Shown here piece after piece: positions 9,309-19,034 of a stretch of 40,474 nt of DNA. Below the pieces are notes generated by a model that saw nothing but the letters and a program-made list of their open reading frames with translations, was not told the origin of the DNA and did no database searches. The stretch lies in NCBI GenBank assembly GCA_903917235.1, contig CAIWZS010000382.1, positions 1 to 40,474 of the forward strand, read 5' to 3'. Numbering within the stretch: the stretch's first letter is position 1; the number at the start of each line of letters is the position of its first letter. Origin of the DNA: an uncultured Planctomycetaceae bacterium. GTDB taxonomy: Bacteria; Planctomycetota; Planctomycetia; Pirellulales; UBA1268. The translations under genes were made by a program, and so were the position numbers.

Positions 9309-10595
9309 ATGAAGAGCATCGCCACCGGCCCTGGCAACACGCAGCGTCTCAAGAAAGCGGTCCACCACCATCGCCTCGCGACCAAGCGGGGTGTCCTCGA
9401 GCGGATGTTCACGCTCTGGTTTCGTGGCTTCGTCTACAACCAGATCTGGGAGGACCCGCGGGTCGACGCCGCGGCGCTCCAGCTCGGACCGCAGTCGCGC
9501 GTGCTGACGATCTCGAGCGGCGGATGCAACGTCCTCAACTACCTCGTGCATCGCCCGGCACGCATCGTCGCCGTCGACCTGAACGCGAATCACATGTGCC
9601 TCACGCGGCTCAAGCTCGCCGCGATCAAGCACCTGCCGGACTACGAATCGTTCTACCGGTTTTTCGGCTACGGCGCGCACGCCGACAACATCACCGCGTA
9701 CCGCCGGCACATCCGTGACGCGCTCGACCCGCAGACCCGCGACTTCTGGGAATCGAGCGACTGGCCGGGCCGGAAGGTCGGCCCTCGGCGGATCGGGTAC
9801 TTCGAGCGGGGCCTCTACGAGCGGGCGAAGCTCGGCCAGTTCTTCCGTGTCGTGCACGGCCTCGCGAGGAAGATGCGGCGCGACCCGGCTCGGCTCCTGT
9901 CGGCCCGCACGCTCGCCGAACAGGAGCAGATCTTCGACCGCGAATTCGCGCCGCTGTTCGACAATCGGCTCGTGCGGTGGATGGGCCGGCAGCCGGTGGC
10001 GGTCTACAGCCTCGGAATCCCGCCGAGCCAGCACGCGGCGATGCTCGAGGAGCAGCAGGGGGACGGCCGCAAGCTCTTCGACATGTACCGCGAGCGGGTG
10101 CGCCGGCTCGCCTGCGGCTTCCCGCTCGAGGACAACTACTTCGCGTGGCAGGCATTCGGGCGGCGGTACGACCACGAGGGACGGCGGGCACTGCCCGACT
10201 ACCTGAAGCCGGAGCACTACGACACGATCCGGTCGATGGTCGACCGCGTCGAGACGCACGTCGCGTCGCTCGCCGACCACCTGCGCACCGAGGCCCCCGG
10301 CGCACTCGATTCCTTCGTGCTCCTCGACAGCCAGGATTGGATGCCGCCGCACGTGATCGCGGAGCTGTGGGGTGAGATCGCCCGCGTCGGAGCGCCCGGC
10401 ACGCGAGTCATCTTCCGCACGGCGGGCGAACGCTCGCCCATCGACAAGGCCCTGCCGCGCGACCTGCTCGACCGCTTCACCTACCACGAGGAGCGTGCCC
10501 GCGAGCTGCACCGCCAGGACCGCTCGGCCATCTACGGCATGTTCCACCTGTACGAGATGGCCGGGGCGGCTCCCGCGGCCGCGACATCCACGTGA
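9309..10595 (+). CDS. btaA: S-adenosylmethionine:diacylglycerol 3-amino-3-carboxypropyl transferase (DUF3419/BtaA)
   Basis: LERMFTLWFRGFVYNQIWEDPRVD, ISSGGCNVLNYL, AVDLN, DNYFAWQAFGRRY, LLDSQDWM, RVIFRTA and DRSAIYG motifs match BtaA. Confidence 0.9.
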   Translation: MKSIATGPGNTQRLKKAVHHHRLATKRGVLERMFTLWFRGFVYNQIWEDPRVDAAALQLGPQSRVLTISSGGCNVLNYLVHRPARIVAVDLNANHMCLTRLKLAAIKHLPDYESFYRFFGYGAHADNITAYRRHIRDALDPQTRDFWESSDWPGRKVGPRRIGYFERGLYERAKLGQFFRVVHGLARKMRRDPARLLSARTLAEQEQIFDREFAPLFDNRLVRWMGRQPVAVYSLGIPPSQHAAMLEEQQGDGRKLFDMYRERVRRLACGFPLEDNYFAWQAFGRRYDHEGRRALPDYLKPEHYDTIRSMVDRVETHVASLADHLRTEAPGALDSFVLLDSQDWMPPHVIAELWGEIARVGAPGTRVIFRTAGERSPIDKALPRDLLDRFTYHEERARELHRQDRSAIYGMFHLYEMAGAAPAAATST

Positions 10596-11350
10596 GCGAC
10601 AGACCCATCACGGATCCGGCGGGCAGGGTGGACGTCGCGACAGCGACGGGCGTGCCGGGCGGGCCCGTCTCGTCGTCCACCCAGCGGCGCGAGATCGACG
10701 GCCAGGCGCAGGCGATGGACCGGATGTATCGGCTGACCCGGCACGTCTACGACGTCACCCGCCGCTACTACCTGCTCGGACGCGATCGCCTCCTCACGAA
10801 GGTCGTCACCACGGCCAGTTCCGCCACGCTCGAGGTGGGCTGCGGCACCGCGCGGAATCTCGTGAAGCTCGCCCGCCGGCCGGAGCCGGGCACGCTCTAC
10901 GGCCTCGACGCCTCGCACGAGATGCTGGAAACGGCCGCGGCGAGCATCGCCCGGCATCACGTGCCGGCGAGCGGTCACCCGCCGATCGTCCTGCGTCAGG
11001 GCCTCGCCGAGCAGCTCGACCCGCGACGGATGTTCGGCCGGGACGCGCCGTTCGACACGATCTTCTTTTCCTATTGCCTCTCGATGGTCCCGACGTGGCC
11101 GGGGGCGATCGAGGCGGCGATTGCGAGCCTGCGGCCGGGCGGCACGCTGCTCATCGTCGATTTCTGGGACCAGAAGGAGCTGCCGCGACCGTTCGCCGCC
11201 GCCCTCAAGCGGTGGCTGTCGCTCTTTCACGTCCACTATCGCCCGGAGGTCCACGAGGCGCTGACCGAATTGGGCCGGTCGGGTCGGGCGGACGTGTCGT
11301 TCGAGTCGGTCGCCCGCCGCTACGCCTACATCGCGACCGTGCGGGTGTGA
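10592..11350 (+). CDS. btaB: SAM-dependent diacylglycerylhomoserine N-methyltransferase
   Basis: MDRMYRLTRHVYDVTRRYYLLGRDRLL, LEVGCGTARNL, FFSYCLSM and LLIVDF motifs. GTGA overlap with btaA; alternative ATG at 10715. Confidence 0.88.
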   Translation: MSDRPITDPAGRVDVATATGVPGGPVSSSTQRREIDGQAQAMDRMYRLTRHVYDVTRRYYLLGRDRLLTKVVTTASSATLEVGCGTARNLVKLARRPEPGTLYGLDASHEMLETAAASIARHHVPASGHPPIVLRQGLAEQLDPRRMFGRDAPFDTIFFSYCLSMVPTWPGAIEAAIASLRPGGTLLIVDFWDQKELPRPFAAALKRWLSLFHVHYRPEVHEALTELGRSGRADVSFESVARRYAYIATVRV

Positions 11351-11449
11351 CGCGATTCCTCACCGGCGGATCGGACCCGCAGGGCGTGAGCCGGCCCGGG
11401 CCGCTCGCGCGTCGCTCGGGGACCACCCGCGCTCGTCACGAGCCGTCGG

Positions 11450-12148
11450 TCACGGCAGCACGAAGATGAACCCGGTGATCGTGGCGGCCTCCATCGCGAA
11501 GCCGCGGGCGCTGATCGGCACCGCCGGGACGGTCCACGGCGCACAGCTGCCGGGTCGGTAGTACCCGAGCGGATAGACGCACTCCCAGGGCAGCTCGACA
11601 CCGACCTTGTACGGCAGCACCGGCAGCGTGACGAAGAAGTGCGCCGCCGACACGAACGGATCCACCAGGGTGCCATGCGAGTGGCCGTAGCGCTCGAGCG
11701 CCCAGTCCTCGAAGTAGAGCGGCTTGTGGCAGTAGCCGGCCGCCTTCCACGTGAACGTCGTCGCGGCGAACTGCCGTGGTCGGTAGGTCTCCCCCTCCAG
11801 CCGGCACTCGCAGGGATAGTCGTTGCCGGGCTGCCCGTTGACGCGGATGTCGAGTTCGACCCGATCGAGCGTGTCGGCCCGCAGGAGCTCGAGCGCCTTG
11901 CGGCAGTCCTTGTCCTCGTTCTCGCAGCGCGGCGTGCCCTCCGACGATGCCGCGACCAGCCGCACCGGAGGCGTCAGGGAGCCGCGTTCGTGGACGGCGG
12001 CTGCCGCGGCGGGCGTGGCATCCGCCTTCGGCAGGAACGACCGCCAGCCCGCGGCATCGGCGGCGGGACAGCACGCCAGCCAGACGAGGACCGCGACCGA
12101 CGACGGGCGCCAGGCGGGTGCGTGGAGGCTCGGGGAACGCGGAAACAT
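11450..12148 (-). CDS. Exported planctomycete-type conserved hypothetical protein
   Basis: Signal-peptide-like N-terminus; conserved-looking core FTWKAAGYCHKPLYFEDWALERYGHS...SAAHFF...LPYK...ECVYPLGYYRPGSCAP. Confidence 0.75.
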   Translation of the reverse strand: MFPRSPSLHAPAWRPSSVAVLVWLACCPAADAAGWRSFLPKADATPAAAAAVHERGSLTPPVRLVAASSEGTPRCENEDKDCRKALELLRADTLDRVELDIRVNGQPGNDYPCECRLEGETYRPRQFAATTFTWKAAGYCHKPLYFEDWALERYGHSHGTLVDPFVSAAHFFVTLPVLPYKVGVELPWECVYPLGYYRPGSCAPWTVPAVPISARGFAMEAATITGFIFVLP

Positions 12149-12460
12149 GCGATGGCGACTCCGGGCGCGTGACGACTCCCTCGTGGCTACCCATCGACCG
12201 GAACGACCGGCAACCTTTCGCCAACGTCACCGTAGGTGCCCGATGGGTGCCGCAGACGAGGCCGCGCGATCCCCTGCGCCCCCCAGTCGCCCCGCCTTGA
12301 CTCGCGGGCCGTGCCCGCCGGCTTCGCCCCAGGTCGAGCGGTTCCGAATGCATCCGGCGCTCAGCCGGCGCTCACCCGGCCCCGACGGGGCGTTGACGAG
12401 GCAGGGCGGGGAAACGAGGACAGGAATGCGGCGGACGCTCCCGAACGAGCGCGAACCGTC

Positions 12461-13939
12461 TCAGCCCTCCCCCTGGGCGTGCTCGACGGTGTAATTCGGC
12501 GATTCCTGCGTGATCGCGATGTCGTGCGGATGGCTCTCGCGCACGGCCGCAGCCGACACCTTGATGAATCGCGCGTCGCGGCGGAGCTCCTCGATCGACG
12601 TGGTCCCGCAATACCCCATGCCGGCGCGCAGGCCGCCGACGAGCTGGTAGACGAACGCGCTGAGCGGTCCCTTGAAGGGCACGCGTCCCTCGACCCCCTC
12701 GGGCACGAGCTTGTCGCGCCCGCGGCCCGTGGCGGACTGACGGTACCGCTCGCTCGAGCCCTGCACCATCGCGCCGAGCGATCCCATGCCGCGGTAGGCC
12801 TTGAACGTGCGGCCCTGGAAGAGCACGGTCTGCCCCGGGCTCTCGGCCACGCCGGCGAGCAGGCCGCCGATCATGACGCAATGCGCGCCGGCGGCGATCG
12901 CCTTGGTGATGTCCCCCGAGTAACGGATGCCGCCGTCGGCGATCACCGGCACCCCGCTCGCCGCGGCCTCGGCGGCGGCCTCGGACACGGCCGTGATCTG
13001 CGGCACGCCCACGCCCGAAATCACGCGCGTCGTGCAGATGGAGCCCGGCCCGATGCCGACCTTCACCCCGTCCACGCCGGCGGCGATGAGGTCGCGACAG
13101 CCTTCGCGCGTCGCGACGTTGCCCGCGACCACCTCGATGTTCCACCGCTTCTTGATCGCGGCGACGGTCTCGATCACGTTCGCGGAATGGCCATGGGCGC
13201 TGTCGACCACGAGCATGTCCACCCCCTTGGCGATCAGGCTGGCGGCACGCTCGAAGTCGAAGACCCCCACGGCCCCGCCCACCCGCAGCCGCCCCTGGCG
13301 GTCTTTGCAGGCGTTCGGAAACCGCTTCATCATGTCGATGTCCTTGATCGTGATGAGGCCGGTCAGCAGCCCATTCCCGTCGACGAGCAGGAGCTTTTCG
13401 ACCTTGTTGGCCATGAGGATCGTCTCGGCCTCGTCCAGCGTCACGGTGCCGGTGGCCGTGACGAGACCCGACTTCGTCATGATCTCCGCGACCGGCGTCT
13501 CGCCGCTTTCGAGGAAGCGGAGATCGCGGCGGGTGATGATCCCGACCAGCCGACGGCCGTCCACGGTGATCGGCACGCCCGAGATGTTGTGCTGATCCAT
13601 GACGTCGCGGGCGCGGGCCACCGTGGCGGACGGCGGCAGCGTGACCGGGTCGGCGATGATGCCGTTGGCGCTCCGCTTCACCTTGTCGACCTCCTCGGCC
13701 TGGCGATCGACCGGGAGGTTCTTGTGGATCACGCCCAGACCACCCTCCTGCGCGAGGGCGATCGCCATCTCGCTCTCCGTGACGGTGTCCATCGGGGAGC
13801 TGACGATCGGGATGTTCAGGCGGATGCCCCGGGTGAGGAGGGTGCCCACGTCCACGTCGGCGGGCACGACCGTCGAAAACCGGGGCAGAAGCAGGACGTC
13901 GTCGAAGGTGATGCCGGTGGCAACGATTTTCCCATCCAT
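12461..13939 (-). CDS. guaB: Inosine-5'-monophosphate dehydrogenase
   Basis: [23 protein letters not shown] pair, [13 protein letters not shown] (catalytic Cys), YRGMGS, PEGVEG. Confidence 0.98.
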   Translation of the reverse strand: MDGKIVATGITFDDVLLLPRFSTVVPADVDVGTLLTRGIRLNIPIVSSPMDTVTESEMAIALAQEGGLGVIHKNLPVDRQAEEVDKVKRSANGIIADPVTLPPSATVARARDVMDQHNISGVPITVDGRRLVGIITRRDLRFLESGETPVAEIMTKSGLVTATGTVTLDEAETILMANKVEKLLLVDGNGLLTGLITIKDIDMMKRFPNACKDRQGRLRVGGAVGVFDFERAASLIAKGVDMLVVDSAHGHSANVIETVAAIKKRWNIEVVAGNVATREGCRDLIAAGVDGVKVGIGPGSICTTRVISGVGVPQITAVSEAAAEAAASGVPVIADGGIRYSGDITKAIAAGAHCVMIGGLLAGVAESPGQTVLFQGRTFKAYRGMGSLGAMVQGSSERYRQSATGRGRDKLVPEGVEGRVPFKGPLSAFVYQLVGGLRAGMGYCGTTSIEELRRDARFIKVSAAAVRESHPHDIAITQESPNYTVEHAQGEG

Positions 13940-14117
13940 GCGAGCCGTGCGTCCTCGGGGGAAAAGCGCGGATTATGGACCGCGGGGCGTCCCGACGGCA
14001 ACGAGCGGCTCGCGTGGTCCGATCCGCACGGCGCGCAGGCGTGTCCTACGTTTGAGCAGCCGGGCGGCGATCGCCTCCCGGGCGGCCCTGTTCCTCCCCG
14101 GCGACAGCGAGTCCCTC

Positions 14118-14798
14118 ATGCGTTTCTTCGACGAGCACCCCGCCCTGACGACCCCGGCCCTCAGGGCCGTCCCAGCCCCGGCGCCGCGGTCCGCGCGTCC
14201 GGATGATGCGACGCTCGCGGCCCACATGGCCCGCACACGCTACGGCCAGTTCACGCTCACCGACGCCATTCGCCCGGGCTGGCAGCTCGACATCGTCCCG
14301 CGGGCGGGCTACCGACACGACGCCTGGGTCGATCCGCAGGGCGGGGGCAGGCTTCCCGCCCTCGTCGCCGCCGCATCGCGTGAGGATCTCTTCGAGACGT
14401 TCCTCGACCTCCTCGCACCCCTCGGCGACACGGTGGACGTGGTGCTCGAGTCCTCCCACGCCGAGGGCGTCGACCGCGTCGAGCATGTCCGCGACGGCAT
14501 CGAGCGGCTCGTGCTGGAGAGCGTCCTCTGGGAGTACGAGGATCTCCTGCTGCACGACGGGTGCACCGGCATCGCGGTGATGCATCCCGAACTCTCGATG
14601 GAGGTGCAGCTCGACGAGCACAAGCTCATCGTGGCCTACGCCCCGTCCCGCGTGCCCTTCGAGCGCGTGCTGCGTGAACGCGGGCTCGAGCGAGACGACC
14701 GCCTGCGGTTCATTTCCCAGGCGGAGCACCTCCACACGTCCCACGAGCGATTCACGCGGCTCTTCGCCGATCTGGCGGGACGGATCGGCGCGGGCTGA
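14118..14798 (+). CDS. Conserved hypothetical protein (planctomycete type)
   Basis: YGQFTLTDAIRP...VPRAGYRHD...VDVVLESSH...LLLHDGCTGIAV...EVQLDEHKL...EHLH; good codon bias; start placed at ATG 14118. Confidence 0.75.
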   Translation: MRFFDEHPALTTPALRAVPAPAPRSARPDDATLAAHMARTRYGQFTLTDAIRPGWQLDIVPRAGYRHDAWVDPQGGGRLPALVAAASREDLFETFLDLLAPLGDTVDVVLESSHAEGVDRVEHVRDGIERLVLESVLWEYEDLLLHDGCTGIAVMHPELSMEVQLDEHKLIVAYAPSRVPFERVLRERGLERDDRLRFISQAEHLHTSHERFTRLFADLAGRIGAG

Positions 14799-14890
14799 CG
14801 GCCCCGAGCGCGGATCCGCACTCAGGTGGAGCACCGTCTCCGGGGGCACTCGTCTCCACGCCCCGGCCGCCGCGGCGGTATGCTCCGGGC

Positions 14891-16291
14891 ATGGCCGTTC
14901 CTTCCCGACCCGCCGTCCCCCCGTGCCATCCCCGTGCTCGCCGTGCGGTGCGGCGGTCGTGGCGCGCCGCGACGATCGCCCTCTCTGCGGTACTGCCCAT
15001 GGCTGCCCACGCCGCCCCGCCTCTTCCGGCTCCGAACTACGACGAGTCGGCCGTGGGGGAGGTGGTCCTGCCGGACCCGCTCCGCGGTCCGGATGGAACG
15101 GTGGTCACGACCGCCGACGCCTGGCGCCGCGTGGCACGGCCGCATCAACTGGCACTCCTCGAGACACACGTCTACGGTCGTCGGCTCCCGCCGCGGCCTG
15201 TCACCGTGGCCGACGGCGGCGTCGAAGAGGTCGCGGTGTCGCTCGCCGGCGGACTCCCTGCCACGCGCGTGCAGGCCCGGCTGCGGCTCGGCGATGGCCC
15301 GAACGCCCGCCTCGTGGACGTGCTGCTGTACCTGCCCCGCGGTGCGACACGAGCCGCGTCCCCGGGCCCGGCCGGCGGAGGCCCAGGCCGTGTTCCGGTG
15401 TTTCTCGAGCTCAACTTCCGCGGCAACCATGCCCAGCACGGCGACCCCGGCATCCGCCTCTCGACATCCTGGATGCCGAAGGACGACGCCGCAGGCATCG
15501 TCGACCATCGGGCCACGGAAGCCTCGCGCGGCGTCAACGCCCGACGCTGGCCCGTCGAGGCGCTCGTCGGGCGCGGTTTCGGGATGGCGACGGCGTACTG
15601 TGGTGACATCTTCCCGGACCGGGCCGACGGCCGCCCCGACAGTGTGCTCGTGTCGCTCGGTCGGCCCGTGGATGGAGCGCTGCCGCCGGACGAGCCGGGG
15701 GCGATCGGCGCGTGGGCGTGGGGGTTGTCGCGGATCCTCGACTGGCTCGTCACGCTGCCGGAGGTCGATCCGGCGCGCGTCGCCGTGGTGGGGCATTCAC
15801 GGCTGGGCAAGACGGCCCTCTGGGCGGGTGCCTGCGACGAGCGTTTCGCGATGGTCGTCTCGAACAACTCGGGCTGCGGCGGTGCCGCCCTCTCGCGGCG
15901 GAACTTCGGGGAGACGGTCGCCGTGATCACCGAGCGGTTCCCACACTGGTTCTGTCCCGCGTTCGCCGGCTATGCGGGTCGGGAGCGCGAGCTTCCGTGC
16001 GACCAGCACACGCTCCTGGCGATGGCGGCCCCGCGTCCGCTGTATGTCTCGAGCGCGACCGAGGATCTCTGGGCGGATCCGCGGGGTGAGTTCCTCGCCG
16101 CGGTCGCCGCGAGTCCGGCGTGGAGGCTGTTCGGCCTCGAGGGACTCGATGCGGCCGTGCCACCGCGACCGGACGAGTCGATCGGGGATCGAGTGGGATA
16201 TCACACCCGCACCGGTGCGCACGACATCCTGCTCGAGGATTGGACCTTCTTCACCGACTTCGCCACGCGCACGATCCCGGCCGCGCGGTGA
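14891..16291 (+). CDS. Carbohydrate esterase family 15 (glucuronoyl esterase-like), exported
   Basis: NYDE..V...LPDPL, GAIGAWAWGLSRILD, GHSRLGKTALWAGA nucleophile elbow, SGCGGAA, DQH.LLA..APRP, WADPRGE; signal peptide. Confidence 0.88.
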   Translation: MAVPSRPAVPPCHPRARRAVRRSWRAATIALSAVLPMAAHAAPPLPAPNYDESAVGEVVLPDPLRGPDGTVVTTADAWRRVARPHQLALLETHVYGRRLPPRPVTVADGGVEEVAVSLAGGLPATRVQARLRLGDGPNARLVDVLLYLPRGATRAASPGPAGGGPGRVPVFLELNFRGNHAQHGDPGIRLSTSWMPKDDAAGIVDHRATEASRGVNARRWPVEALVGRGFGMATAYCGDIFPDRADGRPDSVLVSLGRPVDGALPPDEPGAIGAWAWGLSRILDWLVTLPEVDPARVAVVGHSRLGKTALWAGACDERFAMVVSNNSGCGGAALSRRNFGETVAVITERFPHWFCPAFAGYAGRERELPCDQHTLLAMAAPRPLYVSSATEDLWADPRGEFLAAVAASPAWRLFGLEGLDAAVPPRPDESIGDRVGYHTRTGAHDILLEDWTFFTDFATRTIPAAR

Positions 16292-16471
16292 CGGACCGAG
16301 TGGGCGGATGCCCGGGAGCGTCGCCCAGGAGATGCTCCGGCCCGGTCGGGGCCTCGCACCGGGGCGGCCGGACCCGCCCAAAAAGGCTCCGGAACTGGCC
16401 TTGAGTCGGCCGCATGCATCGCGGACCATCCCCGTCCCCGTCGTACGGCCGAGGTTCACGCGGAACGACCG

Positions 16472-17470
16472 ATGCCGCGATCCCTGTCACGTGTTCGTCG
16501 TCTCCAGCTCGCCGTGCTCGTCGGCACGATCGGCCTGGCGTCCATCGCGAGGTGCCAGGAACTGCTCCCCGCGCCGCCCGGAGCCGTGCTGACGCCACCC
16601 GCACCGGCCATGGGACCACCGAACCCCTTCACGCCGCTGCCCGACGGCGCGATGGTCGGTCCCGGCGGGCCGATGGTCGCGCCGGGTGGACCGGGGATGG
16701 CGGGTCCGCCCCAGGCGCCGCGCAACGCGGTGGTCATCCCTCCGCTCGACGCCGAGTTCGTCTGGACGAAGCTCGTGGACGTGACCGACGACTATTTCAA
16801 GATCCACTCGGAGCAGCGCGTCGTCTTCGCCGGCGGTGTGCCGACGGAGGGACGGATCGAGACGTTCCCCCAAACCGGCGCGACGCTGCTCGAGCCGTGG
16901 CGGGCCGACTCGGTCGGCTTCCGCGAGCGGCTCGAGGCGACGCTCCAGTCGATCCGCCGCATCGGCGCGGTGCGGATGATCCCGGACCCCAACGGATGGC
17001 GGATCGAGGTCACGGTGGACAAGGAGCTCGAGTACCTCTCACGACCGATGCGCGCGACCACCGGCGGCGCGTCGTTTCGCAACGACGACTCGCTCTACCG
17101 GTACGGCACGCCGCTGCCCACGCTCGGACAGCAGGTCGGCGATCAGCCCAGGCCGGTGGCGGCACCGACGCCCAACCTCGGCTGGATCCCGCTGGGGCGT
17201 GATTCGCTCCTCGAGCAGCGCATCCTCTCACGCGTGCTCGCCAAACTCGGCGTCACGCCCGTCCCGCAGCCCGAGCCCTACTACCAGCCGCCTCAGGCCG
17301 ACGGCTCGCTCGTGCTGCCGCCGGCCACCGGACCGGTCCCCTCGCAGCCCGGCCCGGCGCCGTCAGGGCCGATCTACGGCACCCCGATTCCATCGGAACA
17401 GCTCCCACCCGGGGCGGTCATCGCGCCGGGGCCACCGGTGCCGATCGAATCCCTTCCGATGCCGCGCTGA
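16472..17470 (+). CDS. Exported planctomycete-type hypothetical protein with Pro-rich termini
   Basis: Signal peptide; core VWTKLVDVTDDYFKI..EQR...TEGRIETFPQTGATLLEPW...ERLEATLQSIRR...VDKELE...GWIPLGRD..LEQRIL. Confidence 0.78.
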   Translation: MPRSLSRVRRLQLAVLVGTIGLASIARCQELLPAPPGAVLTPPAPAMGPPNPFTPLPDGAMVGPGGPMVAPGGPGMAGPPQAPRNAVVIPPLDAEFVWTKLVDVTDDYFKIHSEQRVVFAGGVPTEGRIETFPQTGATLLEPWRADSVGFRERLEATLQSIRRIGAVRMIPDPNGWRIEVTVDKELEYLSRPMRATTGGASFRNDDSLYRYGTPLPTLGQQVGDQPRPVAAPTPNLGWIPLGRDSLLEQRILSRVLAKLGVTPVPQPEPYYQPPQADGSLVLPPATGPVPSQPGPAPSGPIYGTPIPSEQLPPGAVIAPGPPVPIESLPMPR

Positions 17471-17615
17471 CGGTGGCCCTGAGCCTGCCGAGCCCGGTGC
17501 GGCCGCGGCGCCTCCCGGGTGTGTCGCGTGGAAAAACGTCCTGTCCGCCGCCATACTCATCGTGTCCGAGGGCGGCACGACGGGCGGCGACCGCCGGACC
17601 AGACGAGGAGACGGC

Positions 17616-19022
17616 ATGATGGCCAGCGAGCATGACGGGACGACGACGGCCGGCGGTGAGGTGAACCGTCGTACTTTTCTCGCCTCCACGGGGCGGGCGG
17701 CCGCCCTCGGGGCCGCCGGCGGTCTGCTCGTCGGCCCGGGCATGCGGAACGTCCACGCGGCGGGCTCCGACACGATCAATGTCGCCCTCGTCGGCTGCGG
17801 CGGCCGCGGCGGCGGCGCGGCGGTCGACGCGCTCTCCGTGCCCGGCGGACAGACGCGGATCGTCGCGATGGCCGACGTCTTCCGCGATCGCATCGACATC
17901 GTGAAGCGGTCGCTCGACGAGCAGTTCAAGGAGCGGGTGGACGTGCCGGAGGACCGGAAGTTCGTCGGCTTCGACGGCTTCCGGCAGGCGATCGACTGCC
18001 TCAAGCCGGGCGACATCGCCCTCTTCGCCACGCCCGTGGCGTTCCGGGCACCGCACTTCGCGGCCTGCATCGAGAAGGGCGTGAACGTGTTCATGGAGAA
18101 GCCGATCTCCATCGACGGTCCGAGCACGCGCCGCATGATCGAACTCGCGGCGCAGGCCGACGCGAAGGGGATCAAGGTGGGTGTCGGCCTCATGTGCCGC
18201 CACTGCGATCGGCGACGGGAACTGGAGGAGCGGCTGCGGGCCGGGGAGGCGGGCGACCTCATCGCCTTCCGCGGCTATCGGATGCACAACCCGCCGCACA
18301 ACCTCGATCTCGCCCCCGGCCCGGGCACCACGAGCGAGCTGCTCTGGCAGATCAAGCGCTTCCACAACTTCCTCTGGGCCAGCGGCGGCATCTTCAGCGA
18401 CTACTGCGTGCACCACGTGGACGAGGTCGGCTGGATGAAGGGCTCGTGGCCGGTGAAGGCCGAGGCGACGGGCGGCCGCCACTTCAAGGGAAAGATCGAC
18501 GACCAGAACTTCGACAACTACGCGATCGAGTACACGTTCGACGACGGCACGAAGTTCTTCTACGGCTGCCGGGTCATCAAGGACACGGAAAGCAAGTTCG
18601 GGGTGTTCGGGCAGGGCTCGAAGGGCGCCTTCACGATCTCGGAGCGGGGCCACTCGCCCGCGAAGTCGAAGATCTACCGGGGCCAGGCGATGACCGATGC
18701 CGCCGTGGCCTGGGCCGCCGAGCAGCCGGAGGCCAACCCCTACCGGCGCGAGTGGGAGCACCTCGTGGCGGCGATCACCGCGGGGGAACGCTACAACGAG
18801 GTGGTGCGCAGTGCCGAGGCGAGCCTCGTGACCGCGATGGGGCGCTTCGCGGCGCACACCGGCCAGCCGGTGACGTACCAGGAAATGCTCGACTCGCCCG
18901 ACGACCTCACGGCCGGTGTCGACAGCCTCACGATGGATTCGCCCGCGCCGCTCGTGGCGAACGCCGACGGCACCTACCCGGTCCCCAATCCCGGCCGCAC
19001 CAAGTTCGAGTACCGCAGCTGA
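17616..19022 (+). CDS. Tat-exported Gfo/Idh/MocA family oxidoreductase
   Basis: NRRTFL twin-arginine signal, ALVGCGGRGGGA Rossmann motif, VFMEKP; GAGGAG RBS. Confidence 0.9.
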   Translation: MMASEHDGTTTAGGEVNRRTFLASTGRAAALGAAGGLLVGPGMRNVHAAGSDTINVALVGCGGRGGGAAVDALSVPGGQTRIVAMADVFRDRIDIVKRSLDEQFKERVDVPEDRKFVGFDGFRQAIDCLKPGDIALFATPVAFRAPHFAACIEKGVNVFMEKPISIDGPSTRRMIELAAQADAKGIKVGVGLMCRHCDRRRELEERLRAGEAGDLIAFRGYRMHNPPHNLDLAPGPGTTSELLWQIKRFHNFLWASGGIFSDYCVHHVDEVGWMKGSWPVKAEATGGRHFKGKIDDQNFDNYAIEYTFDDGTKFFYGCRVIKDTESKFGVFGQGSKGAFTISERGHSPAKSKIYRGQAMTDAAVAWAAEQPEANPYRREWEHLVAAITAGERYNEVVRSAEASLVTAMGRFAAHTGQPVTYQEMLDSPDDLTAGVDSLTMDSPAPLVANADGTYPVPNPGRTKFEYRS

Positions 19023-19034
19023 GGGCCGGCGATG

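Noticed and set aside
12237-12252. Minus-strand CGGCACCCATCGGGCA as a sigma-54 site for the 11450-12148 gene
   Set aside because: GG-N10-GC spacing is present but both the -24 T and the -12 TT are missing; likely chance in GC-rich DNA.
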